Assembly (NCBI GenBank): GCA_963702845.1
Contig: OY969763.1
Coordinates: forward strand, 1,728,001 to 1,792,000
Reading direction: 5' to 3'
Origin: an uncultured Verrucomicrobiae bacterium
GTDB taxonomy: Bacteria; Verrucomicrobiota; Verrucomicrobiia; Limisphaerales; Palsa-1400
DNA length: 64,000 bases
Shown: positions 1-8,181 of the stretch, in pieces
Layout: every line of letters starts with the position of its first letter
Position numbering within the stretch: position 1 is the first letter of the stretch
Notes under the pieces: generated by a model
The model's database searches: none
What the model was told of the DNA's origin: nothing
What the model saw: only the letters and a program-made list of their open reading frames with translations
Made by a program: the position numbers and the translations under genes

Positions 1-209
1 ACCAGGTAATGAATCAGAAAGCAAGTTGCTGACAAAATAATCACAATCAAGCCGTAACCAAGTGAACCGAGCATGGTGCGAAATGCAACAAATCCTGCCG
101 TTTCGCTGTCAGCGTGAGGCGAGAAGTCAAAAAACGCGCGAAAGCGAGTGATTGCATGAGTGATAATCACCGCAGACAAAACCAACAGACTGAAAGCTAA
201 AGTTTTCAT
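1..209 (-). CDS. cassette-borne membrane protein, runs off the window edge
   Basis: Not in the ORF track. ATG at 209, open frame MKTLAFSLLVLSAVIITHAITRF...LGYGLIVIILSATCFLIHYL to base 1. GTTAGGC core (228-222, minus) lies 12 nt upstream of the ATG. Confidence 0.65.
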   Translation of the reverse strand, partial: MKTLAFSLLVLSAVIITHAITRFRAFFDFSPHADSETAGFVAFRTMLGSLGYGLIVIILSATCFLIHYL

Positions 210-230
210 GCGCTCGGTGCAGCCTAACTA

Positions 231-521
231 TGATTATGCGACTGGGTGTCGCGGTGATTTTGATATACGAACGGTTGGTTCATATTGGTTGAGCAGACTA
301 TTGTTCTGCTGCCGCTGCGAATCAAGCGCAACAAAACGGATCTCTTCGCCGACGTGATCGACCGCCTGCCGCAACTGGGCGCGCGGGCCGCCTACGCCAA
401 ACAGGCCATCCAAAACAAACTCATGAAACACAAACATTACATCCGCGAGCACGGCGACGACATGCCGGAGATCCGCGATTGGAAGTGGAGCGCGTAGGGA
501 AAGTGCGAAGCAGCGTCTAAC
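231..521. repeat. spacer repeat copy 1 (attI-like end + phosphoketolase 3' remnant)
   Basis: Near-identical to 889-1134 and 3185-3408; begins TGATTATGCGAC(T/G)GGGTGTCGCGG. Confidence 0.95.
345..497 (+). pseudogene. xfp: C-terminal fragment of xylulose-5-P/fructose-6-P phosphoketolase
   Basis: DVIDRLPQLGARAAYAKQAIQNKLMKHKHYIREHGDDMPEIRDWKW matches the characteristic XFP C-terminus; the rest of the gene is absent. Confidence 0.85.
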
Positions 522-606
522 GATCCAAGCTTAGCGACCCGGCCCACGGGACGCGTGGATGGCAACCGGAGCGCACCGGACGGGTTCGCTGCGTGCATGG
601 TTAGGC
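515..606 (-). other. attC integron cassette recombination site
   Basis: Minus strand GCCTAAC (contains the stop of ORF 601-867) ... GCAGCGAACCCG / CGGGTCGCTAAGC inner arms ... GTTAGAC; 92-bp imperfect palindrome. Confidence 0.85.
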
Positions 607-867
607 CGCGTCCTCTTCAAGCTCCTGAATAAATCTCCGCATTACCTGCACGCCACCGTCGCCACAGTAATTGCCCGGTTGTTCAGGCGGAAATTCAGCG
701 TCGAGCAAGTCACACCGCTCGCGGATTGCTTCCAAGCGCGGGTCATCGAAAGTGTCATGAACAAAACTATCCCACTCCCACGGGGCTCCTGTGCCGTCCA
801 AGAATCGCACCAAAACGCCGCGAACATCTTTGGCTGTCTTCTTCCGGCGATGACCGAATAGTTTCAT
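601..867 (-). CDS. cassette-borne hypothetical protein (88 aa)
   Basis: GCTAGGC core variant 12 nt upstream of ATG; stop TAA inside the attC R'' box. Confidence 0.75.
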   Translation of the reverse strand: MKLFGHRRKKTAKDVRGVLVRFLDGTGAPWEWDSFVHDTFDDPRLEAIRERCDLLDAEFPPEQPGNYCGDGGVQVMRRFIQELEEDAA

Positions 868-888
868 GGCGTGTGCACGGCCTAGCTT

Positions 889-1134
889 TGATTATGCGAC
901 GGGGTGTCGCGGTCATTTTGAAATACGAACGGTTGGTTCATATTGGTTGAGGAGACTATTGTTCTGCTGCCGCTGCGAATCAAGCGCAACTGGGCGCGCG
1001 GGCCGCCTACGCCAAACAGGCCATCCAAAACAAACTCACGGAACACAAACATTACATCCGCGAGCACGGCGACGACATGCCGGAGATCCGTGATTGGAAA
1101 TGGAGCGCGTAGGGAAAGTGCGAAGCAGTCTAAC
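889..1134. repeat. spacer repeat copy 2 (43-bp internal deletion relative to copy 1)
   Basis: Direct sequence identity; ends GTCTAAC at 1128-1134. Confidence 0.95.
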
Positions 1135-1196
1135 GCGGCGTCGTCCCACCGTCAGATGTCATGAAGGGTTGAGTCGCAGCCCCACACGGGGTCACG

Positions 1197-2348
1197 ATGT
1201 TTTTGAAAATGAAAACATATTTACTCAAACCCCACATGACAGTCCCAACCCTAACCAGCGTGCCTGCCGCGGGCAAGCTGGCAAACGTGCCGCCGCGCCA
1301 GCCTTTGCCACGTCCTGTGCTGCTTGCCGGCAAACCGGCTCTCAAGCTTGGCCTGGACGTGCATCTGGAGTTCATCATGGCGGTAGCCCAACGTGATCAC
1401 GCTTCACCCCAAGCGCCACGCAAATTCAGCCGTGAGCAACTCATCGCCCAGGTTCAGAAGTGGACCAGCGAAGGCCTGCAAGTTTTCTGCGTGCAGGAAA
1501 GCTGTGGGTTCGGCTTCGTGCTCCATCGCGAACTGGTCGCCGCCGGTGCGCAAAGTTTTTTGATCACGCCGATTGCCCTCAACGGCCAGCGCAAGACCGA
1601 CAAGCTGGACGCGCGCGCTCTTTGCCTGCGCCTCTCTCGCTGGGTTGATGGCAACATCAACGAACTTGCACCCATCCGCATTCCTTCGGACAAAGAGCAG
1701 CGCCAGCGCGAAGGCACGCGACGAAGACAGTTCCTCAACAAAGCCATTCGCATGCTCGCCAATCGCGGTCACGGCCAAGCCGCCGAATACAGCCACGTCA
1801 AACTGCCCCATCGCTGGTGGGGAGCGCGCAACTGGAAAAAACTTTCCACCCTCGATCCGTGGCTGCTCAGTGTTCTCGAAAAGCTCCGCGAGGTCCTCGT
1901 CGCCATGGAGACACAACGGCAGGAACTGGAAGAGGAACTGATTGCGCGGGTCAAAGAACAACCACGGCCCAAGGGCCTTGGCGAGATCACTCTTGTGACA
2001 CTGGAAGGCGAAGTGTGCGACTGGCAGCGCTTCCACAATCGCAAACAGATTGGCAGCTACACCGGATGTTGCCCGGGCGAACACAGTTCAGGAGGCAAAC
2101 GGCGCGTCGGCAGCATCGATCGCATGGGCAACGGACGAGTCAGAGCGATCCTGGTGGAAGCGGTCTGGCGTTTTCTGATGTGGCAACCGGGGTGGAAGGC
2201 CGCACTTAAAATGAAAACCAAACTTGCCGCCGGCACGGCCATGAAGAAGAAAACTGTCATTGCCCTTGCCCGGCAACTGGCCGTGGACCTCTGGCGCTGG
2301 CGAACCGGCCGTTGCACCATGGCAGACCTCGGCTGGGTCGGCGTGTGA
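1197..2348 (+). CDS. IS110-family transposase/recombinase
   Basis: LGLDVH, QESCG, KTDKLDA (DEDD RuvC-like domain) and C-terminal SSGGKRRVGSIDRMGNGRVRAILVEA. Confidence 0.92.
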   Translation: MFLKMKTYLLKPHMTVPTLTSVPAAGKLANVPPRQPLPRPVLLAGKPALKLGLDVHLEFIMAVAQRDHASPQAPRKFSREQLIAQVQKWTSEGLQVFCVQESCGFGFVLHRELVAAGAQSFLITPIALNGQRKTDKLDARALCLRLSRWVDGNINELAPIRIPSDKEQRQREGTRRRQFLNKAIRMLANRGHGQAAEYSHVKLPHRWWGARNWKKLSTLDPWLLSVLEKLREVLVAMETQRQELEEELIARVKEQPRPKGLGEITLVTLEGEVCDWQRFHNRKQIGSYTGCCPGEHSSGGKRRVGSIDRMGNGRVRAILVEAVWRFLMWQPGWKAALKMKTKLAAGTAMKKKTVIALARQLAVDLWRWRTGRCTMADLGWVGV

Positions 2349-2800
2349 ACCACATTTAATTTTTTCGTGAGTAGAACCTCCAGAGTTAAGAGCGTGAAAC
2401 AATTTGCGATCGGGCGAGTCCAGTCCGTAGCTTCAGCTGGTGAACCTTGCGTTCATCCGTCCGTTAGAAGGGGCGGACTCCCCGGTCGCCGCAGTCAGGC
2501 AAGTAAGACACAGTGGGCGTTGAGTCTTATCTCAACTGTCCGGATAGGAGCTGGTGCGGGACAAACTCCCGACACACAAAACGCGGCGACACCGATGCAG
2601 CAAACTTCACGCAACCTGCTTTGAGAGAAATAAGAAAGGAACTTTGAAGAGGAACAGATAAGCGGAGACTCGAGAAGAACAACAGGTGCGGATTGAACCA
2701 ATGTCCAACCGCCTGCCGCGCGCGACTGCGCTTCGTTCCACTGCGCTCCGCGCGATCAACCCCAAAAAAACTATCATCGACGCACACTACGTATTGACAA
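2349..2800 (+). ncRNA. putative seekRNA/bridge-RNA-encoding non-coding region of the IS
   Basis: Long region with no credible ORF downstream of an IS1111-type transposase, the position where this family encodes its guide RNA. RNA limits cannot be determined here. Confidence 0.5.
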
Positions 2801-2826
2801 ACCTCATAGGCGCTGGAGCGCTCTGG

Positions 2827-3165
2827 TTAGTTTTCATCATCTGGATACTGCTTTTGCAAAAAGCAGCAGGTCAGTTGAGCAAGTACAACAGTAATACCTG
2901 CATATACCCAGCCAAATATCACCAGAGCAAAAACCGCCGGGCCTTCGGGGACCCATGACCAAACCTCGCGGGCCAGGTTGCGACTGAATGCAGCGCAAAT
3001 AAGGGGGATGCCGAGAGACCAGAGAGCAAATGTCACAATCAGAAGACCCCAACACAGAAAAAAGGCCCACTTTACAGAACCGCCACGAACGATACGCCGG
3101 AACGGGATTATGCCAGCGATGATGGCTGGTGCGTAAGCGAAAATGATCTGAGCAACAGTCTTCAT
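2827..3165 (-). CDS. cassette-borne membrane protein (112 aa)
   Basis: About three hydrophobic helices; GTTGTCG site 6 nt upstream of ATG; stop TAA in the AACTAAC box of the IS-interrupted attC. Confidence 0.75.
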   Translation of the reverse strand: MKTVAQIIFAYAPAIIAGIIPFRRIVRGGSVKWAFFLCWGLLIVTFALWSLGIPLICAAFSRNLAREVWSWVPEGPAVFALVIFGWVYAGITVVLAQLTCCFLQKQYPDDEN

Positions 3166-3184
3166 CAGCTACGACAACTAATAA

Positions 3185-3408
3185 TGATTATGCGACGGGG
3201 TGTCGCGGTCATTTTGATATACGAACGGTTGGTTCATATTGGTTGAGGAGACTATTGTTCTGCTGCCGCTGCGAATCAAGCGCAACTGGGCGCGCGGGCC
3301 GCCTACGCCAAACAGGCCATCCAAAACAAACTCATGGAACACAAACATTACATCCGCGAGCACGGCGACGACATGCCGGAGATCCGCGATTGGAAGTGGA
3401 GTGCATAG
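3185..3408. repeat. spacer repeat copy 3
   Basis: Same sequence and same 43-bp deletion as copy 2; diverges after the xfp stop codon. Confidence 0.95.
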
Positions 3409-3620
3409 CGCAGGTTTGTATGCGCGGGCATCATCGAGAGCAGAGGCAGGTGACGGGAACCAACGGCCAAAACTGGTTAGCGGAACAGGTACCGACAGAG
3501 GTTGATTACCCATCGGTTTCTTGGACCCGGATGACGTTCAAGACGCCACGGGTCGAAGGCACGCTCGATATTGTTTCAGCGAGAGCTCACGTGTTGATTC
3601 ATTAGCGATGCAGAATCAAA

Positions 3621-3782
3621 GTTCAACGACCTCAGTCGCGGGCGGAAAATGTGGCGGGTTCAAAAAAGCACGGGTGGGCATTCCGGAATCGGTATCCGGA
3701 GCTTGGGCGCGACGTGTCCTTCCTTCGTTCGTTTGTACAGATCCCTCCGTTCAATTGCACAGCGGCTCCGTACCTGTTGTAC
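3621..3782 (-). other. degenerate attC-like site
   Basis: Minus strand GTACAAC 25 nt after the stop of ORF 3808-4095 and a perfect GTTGAAC core at 3627-3621; inner arms poorly paired. Confidence 0.3.
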
Positions 3783-3807
3783 GGCGGCTCTGTAAGATAT
3801 CCCTACC

Positions 3808-4095
3808 TTATGTTCTCTTAAGGAATGAAACCTGATTCGCCTTCGCGATGTCGCCGGTTCGGAGTCGTGTAATCAACTTCGTCATTTCTGAATCTTGAAG
3901 CTCGCGGTATCCGGGGTCCTTATCTCTGATCTCCTCGTCGGCAATGTAATGATGCAAGTCGGCAAACAGATCCTTAAGTTCAGGCATCTTTAACGCCGCG
4001 AGATTATGGATCTCATCGCAAGCATCCTGACCTCCAATCTCGCCTTTCTGTAACCGGGATAGGAAGAGGCAAAGTTGTTCTATCTCGTGATTCAT
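3808..4095 (-). CDS. hypothetical protein (95 aa), probable cassette gene
   Basis: Same orientation and size class as other cassette ORFs; GTTGGCG about 25 nt upstream of the ATG. Confidence 0.65.
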   Translation of the reverse strand: MNHEIEQLCLFLSRLQKGEIGGQDACDEIHNLAALKMPELKDLFADLHHYIADEEIRDKDPGYRELQDSEMTKLITRLRTGDIAKANQVSFLKRT

Positions 4096-4248
4096 CGTTT
4101 ATACCCAGCAATTAATCTGCGCCAACAGTTCGCATATTTTTAATCGGCGAACAAGGGTTTTAGCGCAGGTTTGGTGGCACTTGCTGAAGATGGTTGCTAA
4201 CTCCTTCGTCGCGCCTTAGGCAAAGTGAATCTGCGATTGAGGCGGGTT

Positions 4249-4315
4249 ACCCAGGGTAGAGCCCCGCATCCCTCCTCAACACCTGGGCTGGATGGTTCAA
4301 CCCGCTTTGGGGTTG
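4249..4315. repeat. degenerate REP-like double hairpin
   Basis: CCCAGG...CCTGGG followed by CAACCC-GCTTTG-GGGTTG. Confidence 0.45.
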
Positions 4316-4452
4316 TCTGAAACCCTGTCAAAACTTTTTTTCGCCAAAAATTTTCGCGTTGGTTCGCGAAGAGTGTACGGAGATTCGCGTTGGTTCGTGT
4401 CGTCTAGTGGCCTTCAAAAGCTTTCTGAAAAACGTGTGCTACAAATGCGCAC

Positions 4453-6069
4453 GTGCCGGTTAACTCTACACACATCAAATATGACGCAAGCGTATCCGCA
4501 TGGATTCGGGCGCGCGATATTTTGGCTGGTGAGGATGCCGTCAAAGCTGCGGGCGAACGTTATCTGCCGAAGTTGGATTCGCAATCGGATGACGAATTCA
4601 AAGCGTATCGCGATCGCGCTTCGTTCTTCAATGCGACGGGCCGCACGCTCGATGGTTACAGCGGGTTAATTTTTCGGCGCGCGCCTTTTGTCAAAATTCC
4701 TGAAGGTCCTTCCGGACGGGCACCATCCGGAGGGGCTCCATCTGCGCTCGCTTCCGCGCTCGGGCAGTTCGTTAACGACTGCGATATGCTGGGCACGTCG
4801 CTGACTGGCTACGCAAAGGATTTGGTCACTGAGGTTATCGGCGTAGGCCGAGCCGGGACGTTGGTTGATTGGGAAGGTGATTTTGAAAACCGCGCCTATG
4901 TCTCACTGTATCAGGCTGAGCAAATCATCAACTGGCGAGTGGAACGTGTAAATGGTCGCAATTTGCCAACGTTGATCGTGTTGTCGGAAGTGTTAGCACA
5001 CGGCCACATTGCAGCCGGCGGCGTTGGCACAGATGAATTTGCTCCTGAGGTTGTGGAGCAGATTCGTGTGCTCAAGTTGGTTGGTAGCAGCGCCACGGGC
5101 CAATCAGAAAACACGGACTCACACGGACGAGCACAGACGAACACGAACAAAAAGAGTGGTAAGCGAGCGATGGCTTATCAGGTTGAGATCTGGCAGGCGT
5201 TGGCAGGTAGCCAGCAGGGGCAGAAGAAAAGTGGCAAGGCGGAATGGACTTTGATTGAGACGCGCACGCCGTTGCGCCTTGGTAAACCGCTGCCGCTGAT
5301 CCCGTTTGTTTTTCATGGACCGCGCAATTCTTTGCCGGCTGTCGATAAGTTGCCGCTGACGGATTTGATCGCGGTGAATCTGGATCACTACCGGCTCAAT
5401 GCCGATTACAAGCACGGCATGCATTTTACCGCATTGCCGACGGCGTGGGTGAGTGGTTTCGATAAAAGTGAGCCGCTGCGCATCGGTTCAAGCACTGCCT
5501 GGCATTCGGAAGCGCCGGGGGCAACGGCTGGCTTCCTGGAATTTACGGGCCAAGGGCTCACCACTTTCGAGCGCGCGATGGATCGTGATGAAAAGCTTTT
5601 GGCGGTGCTTGGTTCGCGGTTGCTGGAGTCGCAGAAGCGCGTTGGTGAAACGGCGCAGGCAATCGAGCTGCGGCAGAGCGGCGAGAACAGCGTGTTGGCG
5701 AATGTGGCGACGAGTTTGAGCGAGTCGCTGACGCAGGTTTTGCGCTGGGTTTATTGGTGGAATTCCACCGAAGAAACTCCCGAGGCGCTGACTGACAATG
5801 TTGTTGTGATGTCGCTGAACACGGATTTCACGACGGCCGGGATGGATAGTAATGAGCTGCGCGAAATTGTCGCGGCTTGGCAATCAGGCGCAATCAGCCA
5901 GGACACGATGCTGGAGCTTTTCCGGCGTGGAGAAATTTTGCCGGATGGGCGCTCGAATGAAGACGAGGTGGCTTTAATTGGGGCGGCCGAAGTTAACCAC
6001 CAAGACACCAAGGCATCAAATAGCGGTGGGAGTGAGTCTCTCAGGCCGAATGTTGGCGTCGCTGGGTGA
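4453..6069 (+). CDS. phage portal protein (DUF4055-type)
   Basis: GEDAVKAAGERYLP, YRDRASFFNATGRTL, GRAGTLVD, IINWR, IPFVF, NLDHYRLNADY, WQSGAISQDT motifs; position upstream of scaffold and capsid genes. Confidence 0.88.
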   Translation: MPVNSTHIKYDASVSAWIRARDILAGEDAVKAAGERYLPKLDSQSDDEFKAYRDRASFFNATGRTLDGYSGLIFRRAPFVKIPEGPSGRAPSGGAPSALASALGQFVNDCDMLGTSLTGYAKDLVTEVIGVGRAGTLVDWEGDFENRAYVSLYQAEQIINWRVERVNGRNLPTLIVLSEVLAHGHIAAGGVGTDEFAPEVVEQIRVLKLVGSSATGQSENTDSHGRAQTNTNKKSGKRAMAYQVEIWQALAGSQQGQKKSGKAEWTLIETRTPLRLGKPLPLIPFVFHGPRNSLPAVDKLPLTDLIAVNLDHYRLNADYKHGMHFTALPTAWVSGFDKSEPLRIGSSTAWHSEAPGATAGFLEFTGQGLTTFERAMDRDEKLLAVLGSRLLESQKRVGETAQAIELRQSGENSVLANVATSLSESLTQVLRWVYWWNSTEETPEALTDNVVVMSLNTDFTTAGMDSNELREIVAAWQSGAISQDTMLELFRRGEILPDGRSNEDEVALIGAAEVNHQDTKASNSGGSESLRPNVGVAG

Positions 6070-6132
6070 GTGAGTGGGTCGATTTCTGATTTCCTGCTTC
6101 GTGCAGTGAATGTGATGTGCCAAGCTTCTGGT

Positions 6133-7062
6133 GTGAGCAGACGGTTGAAAATGTTGGTGGTGGCCGGGTGTGCGTTGGTTGCAGTCGTTGCCGTTTGCTT
6201 TTTCTGCTTTCGCGAAAATGAGCCTTCCTACAATGGGCGGACGTTGAGTGAGTGGTTGGAAGAAATCACGGTTTCGCGTATCGCAGTGACAGAGCAACTC
6301 GAGGAGCAAAAGGCAATCGAAGCCGTGCGCGCCATTGGAACGAACGCTTTGCCATTCTTCGTGAAGTGGAGCGGCTATGGCTCTACTCCTTTGGAAGCGG
6401 ATCTGGTCAATGTTGGCCGCTGCATACCCGGAATACGCAATACTTCTGTTTTCCGCAGAATTGCCTTCCGTCACGTGAAAAAACGCTCTGCAGCTATTAA
6501 GGGATTCAGGATTTTGAAAGACAAAGCCGCGCTCGTGGTGCCGGAACTTATAACTCGATTGAATCGCACAAAAAACTATGAAAAGGCATTGGGCGTTGCG
6601 TCTATGCTCCAATGTGTCGGCGAACCCGCAGTACCCGCTCTTATTAAAGCAGCAGAATCTGGGAGTCTCGAGCACCGCAGTGCAGCAATGTACGCATTGT
6701 CGGGCATGGGAACGTTTGCCTGTGATGCTGTTCCAGCACTTTTGGAAATTGGGCGCAACCTTTCCGATCCAGCACATAACGAGGCTGCCGCGACCGTTGG
6801 GAAAATGGCAGGGTGCTCGGACCAGGCAATTTCCACCTTTTCCAACATGCTGGCGTCCGCCACACCTGGAGACCGAATTTGCGCGCTTATCGGCCTCACA
6901 ACTTTTGTGAGGTGGCAAGGAGCAACTTCTATCCAGCAAACTGTGCCGGCAATTAAACTCGCACTTGAAGACTCCGATATAGGTGTGCGGTATTGGGCAA
7001 AAGAAGCTCTGACGGTGATCGCGCCCCAAGCCCTGACCAATAGCGCATCGAGCAATAACTAG
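6133..7062 (+). CDS. membrane-anchored HEAT-repeat protein
   Basis: N-terminal TM, EPSYNGRTLSEWL motif, AVRAIGTNALP and AVPALL helical repeats. Start chosen by analogy with the paralogue (ORF track starts at 6070). Confidence 0.75.
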   Translation: MSRRLKMLVVAGCALVAVVAVCFFCFRENEPSYNGRTLSEWLEEITVSRIAVTEQLEEQKAIEAVRAIGTNALPFFVKWSGYGSTPLEADLVNVGRCIPGIRNTSVFRRIAFRHVKKRSAAIKGFRILKDKAALVVPELITRLNRTKNYEKALGVASMLQCVGEPAVPALIKAAESGSLEHRSAAMYALSGMGTFACDAVPALLEIGRNLSDPAHNEAAATVGKMAGCSDQAISTFSNMLASATPGDRICALIGLTTFVRWQGATSIQQTVPAIKLALEDSDIGVRYWAKEALTVIAPQALTNSASSNN

Positions 7063-7068
7063 GAACAA

Positions 7069-7992
7069 ATGACTGGCCGCCGAAAAAAATTTCTCCTGGC
7101 CGCGTGCGGTGTGGTTGCAGTTGTGGGTGTTTGCTTCTTCTGTCTTCGTGACAATGAGCCTTCTTATAATGGGCGGACGTTGAGTGAGTGGTTGGATGAA
7201 TGCGAGGAGCTTGGATTCCAAGAAATCGCCGACATGCCAAAGTTGAAAGATGCTGTGACTGCTGTTCGCGCGATCGGCACAAATGCTCTGCCCCGGCTGC
7301 TCGCTTGGGAGGCAAAGGACGAATCTCCGAGTCAGAAGTGGCTCGGTCGGCATATTCCCAGCCCGTTGAAGCAACCCTGGTTGGAAAAGCTCATTAGCGG
7401 CGATGCCGCCCACAAGAATATGATCGCCGAAATCGGATTTCAAATTCTTGGAACGAACGCTCTTCCCGCTTTGCCGCAATTGGAGGAAAGATTCACTAAA
7501 GGTACGAATGGGACCCAAGTTTTGGGGAGTGCGTATGCGATGGCTTACATGGGACGTAATGCGTTCGACTTCTGTCTGAGGACAGCGGAATCCGGTGGAA
7601 CGAACTTGCACGTTCGAGCAGCGATTGTGGCCATCGGTCAAATGAATTACCTGGGGACGAACGCGATGCGGGCCATGCCAGTGCTCCTTAACGCAATGAA
7701 AAATACGAATGACCTTAGAGTCGCGCGCGCTGCAACGCTCTCTGCATCGGGACTCGGTTTGATGCCAGAACGAGTACTTCCCGCAGCGACAAACCTTTTC
7801 CAATTAGGAGATGCTTCCACAAAGGCCAATGTTCTCCTCGGCATAAGGTTCCTGAGTAAGCACGTTGCAATCCCAAGGGATTTTCTTCAGCAAGCGCTCA
7901 CCGATCCTGATCAAGCGGTCCGTGGTTTCGCGACCAACGCTACACGCGAAGCCGCGCCTGAGATGCTTACCAACAGCGTCCCGGCTCGCTAG
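7069..7992 (+). CDS. membrane-anchored HEAT-repeat protein (paralogue)
   Basis: Same N-terminal motif; GTNALPALP repeats; ALTDPDQAVR. Confidence 0.78.
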   Translation: MTGRRKKFLLAACGVVAVVGVCFFCLRDNEPSYNGRTLSEWLDECEELGFQEIADMPKLKDAVTAVRAIGTNALPRLLAWEAKDESPSQKWLGRHIPSPLKQPWLEKLISGDAAHKNMIAEIGFQILGTNALPALPQLEERFTKGTNGTQVLGSAYAMAYMGRNAFDFCLRTAESGGTNLHVRAAIVAIGQMNYLGTNAMRAMPVLLNAMKNTNDLRVARAATLSASGLGLMPERVLPAATNLFQLGDASTKANVLLGIRFLSKHVAIPRDFLQQALTDPDQAVRGFATNATREAAPEMLTNSVPAR

Positions 7993-8181
7993 GTTCGTTC
8001 CATTCCGGGATTTTCATATTGGCTTCGCAAGAGCGGACTAGCGTCAACAACATTTTGCGAATTTATTGTGCGCGTCTGTGCGCGGCAAAGCGCGTACGTG
8101 CGCGCAGGTGCGTGACGAAATTTGGCTGAATCAGCCCTCCCGTAAAATTTCTAAAAACCCGTGCTAAAACTGCATCCAGTT

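Larger units (their letters stand above)
1154..2810 (+). mobile_element. IS110-family (IS1111-type) insertion sequence inserted in an attC site
   Basis: Imperfect subterminal IRs ATGAAGGGTTG (1161) / CAAACCTCAT (2798-2807); outward TTGACA at 2794-2799; ~460-bp downstream non-coding region. Removal restores ...CCCACCGTC|CGCTGGAGCGCTCTGGTTAG. Ends are inferred. Confidence 0.75.

Noticed and set aside
2367..2958. Short ORFs downstream of the transposase
   Set aside because: No motifs or clear starts; the region fits the IS non-coding end and the split attC better.
231..3408. Repeats as a CRISPR array
   Set aside because: Units are 220-290 bp and separated by whole genes; no cas genes.
6016..7803. 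595-aa minus-strand ORF
   Set aside because: Antisense shadow of the two HEAT-repeat genes; no recognisable motifs.
8068..8115. GCGCG-rich stretch before the scaffold gene as a pac site or origin
   Set aside because: Only short self-complementary runs; nothing specific enough to support a function.
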